Origin: Promethearchaeota archaeon
Lineage (GTDB): Archaea > Asgardarchaeota > Lokiarchaeia > Sigyniarchaeales > SOKP01
NCBI GenBank assembly: GCA_048940445.1
Contig: JBHLON010000001.1
Location: forward strand, 32,001-96,000
DNA length: 64,000 nt
Direction of reading: 5' to 3'
In this document: positions 63,289 through 64,000 of the stretch, one piece after another
Position numbering within the stretch: position 1 is the stretch's first letter
Layout of the letters: every line of letters begins with the position of its first letter
Made by a program: the position numbers and the translations under genes
The notes under the pieces: model-generated
Told to the model about the DNA's origin: nothing
The model's input: only the letters and a program-made list of their open reading frames with translations
Databases searched by the model: none

Positions 63289-64000
63289 ATGAAATTAACG
63301 AATTTAGAGGAAAAAAAGAAAATTCAAAAAGCGGCAGCGTTATTAATTGAATCAAAAGAAGCTATTGCCTTAACAGGCGCAGGGATTTCTACAGAGTCAG
63401 GAATCCCAGATTTTAGAGGAGATGGCGGGATATGGGAAAAGTACAAGCCCGAGATTTATGGCAATATTCAAGCATTTTTAAAAAATCCAGCAAAATTTTG
63501 GGAATTAGCTCAGAAGGTTGCTCCAAACTTACTAAAAGCAGAACCTAATCCGGGTCATTATGCTTTAGCAGAACTTGAAAAGATGGATATTATAAAGGCT
63601 GTGATTACTCAAAATATTGATGAACTTCACCAAAAATCAGGTTCTGTAATAGTATATGAAGTACATGGAAATATAAATCGATTTAATTGCTTAGGTTGTA
63701 AATCATCTTACACTAAAGATCAAATAATGAGAAAGCTTAAGAAAGAAAAAAAAGGAGCGCCTTTATGTGATTATTGTGGAGCACCTTTAAAGCCTTCTGT
63801 CGTATTATTTGGGGAATCTTTACCGAATTTCGAAATATATCAATCACGAGCATTATCTAAAAAGGCAGATGTTATGTTAGTTGCAGGATCATCATTAGAA
63901 GTGGCTCCTGCGTGTGACTTACCTTTATACACATTAAGAGACGGAGGTAAATTAATTATTGTAAATGATCAACCTACACCTTTAGATAAAAGAGCTGAAA
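63289..64000 (+). CDS. cobB: Sir2-family NAD-dependent protein deacylase, 3' end runs off the window
   Basis: Manual translation: ALTGAGISTESGIPDFRG..PNPGH..ITQNIDELH..EVHGN..CLGC..CDYC..KPSVVLFGE..GSSLEV. Confidence 0.95.
   Translation, partial: MKLTNLEEKKKIQKAAALLIESKEAIALTGAGISTESGIPDFRGDGGIWEKYKPEIYGNIQAFLKNPAKFWELAQKVAPNLLKAEPNPGHYALAELEKMDIIKAVITQNIDELHQKSGSVIVYEVHGNINRFNCLGCKSSYTKDQIMRKLKKEKKGAPLCDYCGAPLKPSVVLFGESLPNFEIYQSRALSKKADVMLVAGSSLEVAPACDLPLYTLRDGGKLIIVNDQPTPLDKRAE

Noticed and set aside
1-64000. CRISPR arrays, tRNA/rRNA genes, IS elements
   Set aside because: Intergenic gaps are short and AT-rich, with no periodic repeats, cloverleaf-like GC-rich segments or transposase ORFs.

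Overview
AT-rich archaeal DNA, most consistent with an Asgard archaeon of the Lokiarchaeia/Promethearchaeota type. This is inferred from archaeal uS15 and eS1/S3Ae, a TFS-type zinc ribbon, SCP2-like and longin/roadblock-like proteins, and expanded alpha/beta-hydrolase and CCG-protein paralogues. Bases 1-20.3 kb hold a divergently transcribed anaerobic aromatic (benzoyl-CoA) degradation region. The + arm carries oah/dch/had-like genes, the class I Bzd-type benzoyl-CoA reductase bzdNOPQ, ferredoxin bzdM and a bzdV-like reductase. The - arm carries a CoA ligase, an atypical thiolase, two MaoC hydratases, an orphan 2-hydroxyacyl-CoA dehydratase subunit, a CCG Fe-S protein and a W-type AOR. A MoaD/SAMP gene and a 51-aa zinc-ribbon gene missed by the ORF track lie on the + strand within that arm. 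Bases 20-41 kb are mixed accessory metabolism: methyltransferase, TauE, UbiA, a CCG pair, AmmeMemoRadiSam, three tandem hydrolases, MFS, GH35, NIPA-like DMT, ACD-alpha, GDPD, a half-TFS and an RNase III with dsRBD. Bases 41-57 kb form a 16-kb five-gene cell-envelope operon: a MacB/LolD-type ATPase with extra N- and C-terminal domains, two FtsX/MacB permeases, a 1301-aa Ig-repeat surface protein and a 1582-aa receptor-like membrane-anchored subtilase with cytoplasmic zinc ribbons. This operon is the best candidate for an undescribed system. The end of the window has housekeeping genes (rdgB, rps15, rps3ae, glmU-like, Sir2) and a tandem longin/roadblock-like protein. No tRNA, rRNA, CRISPR array or mobile element was recognised.
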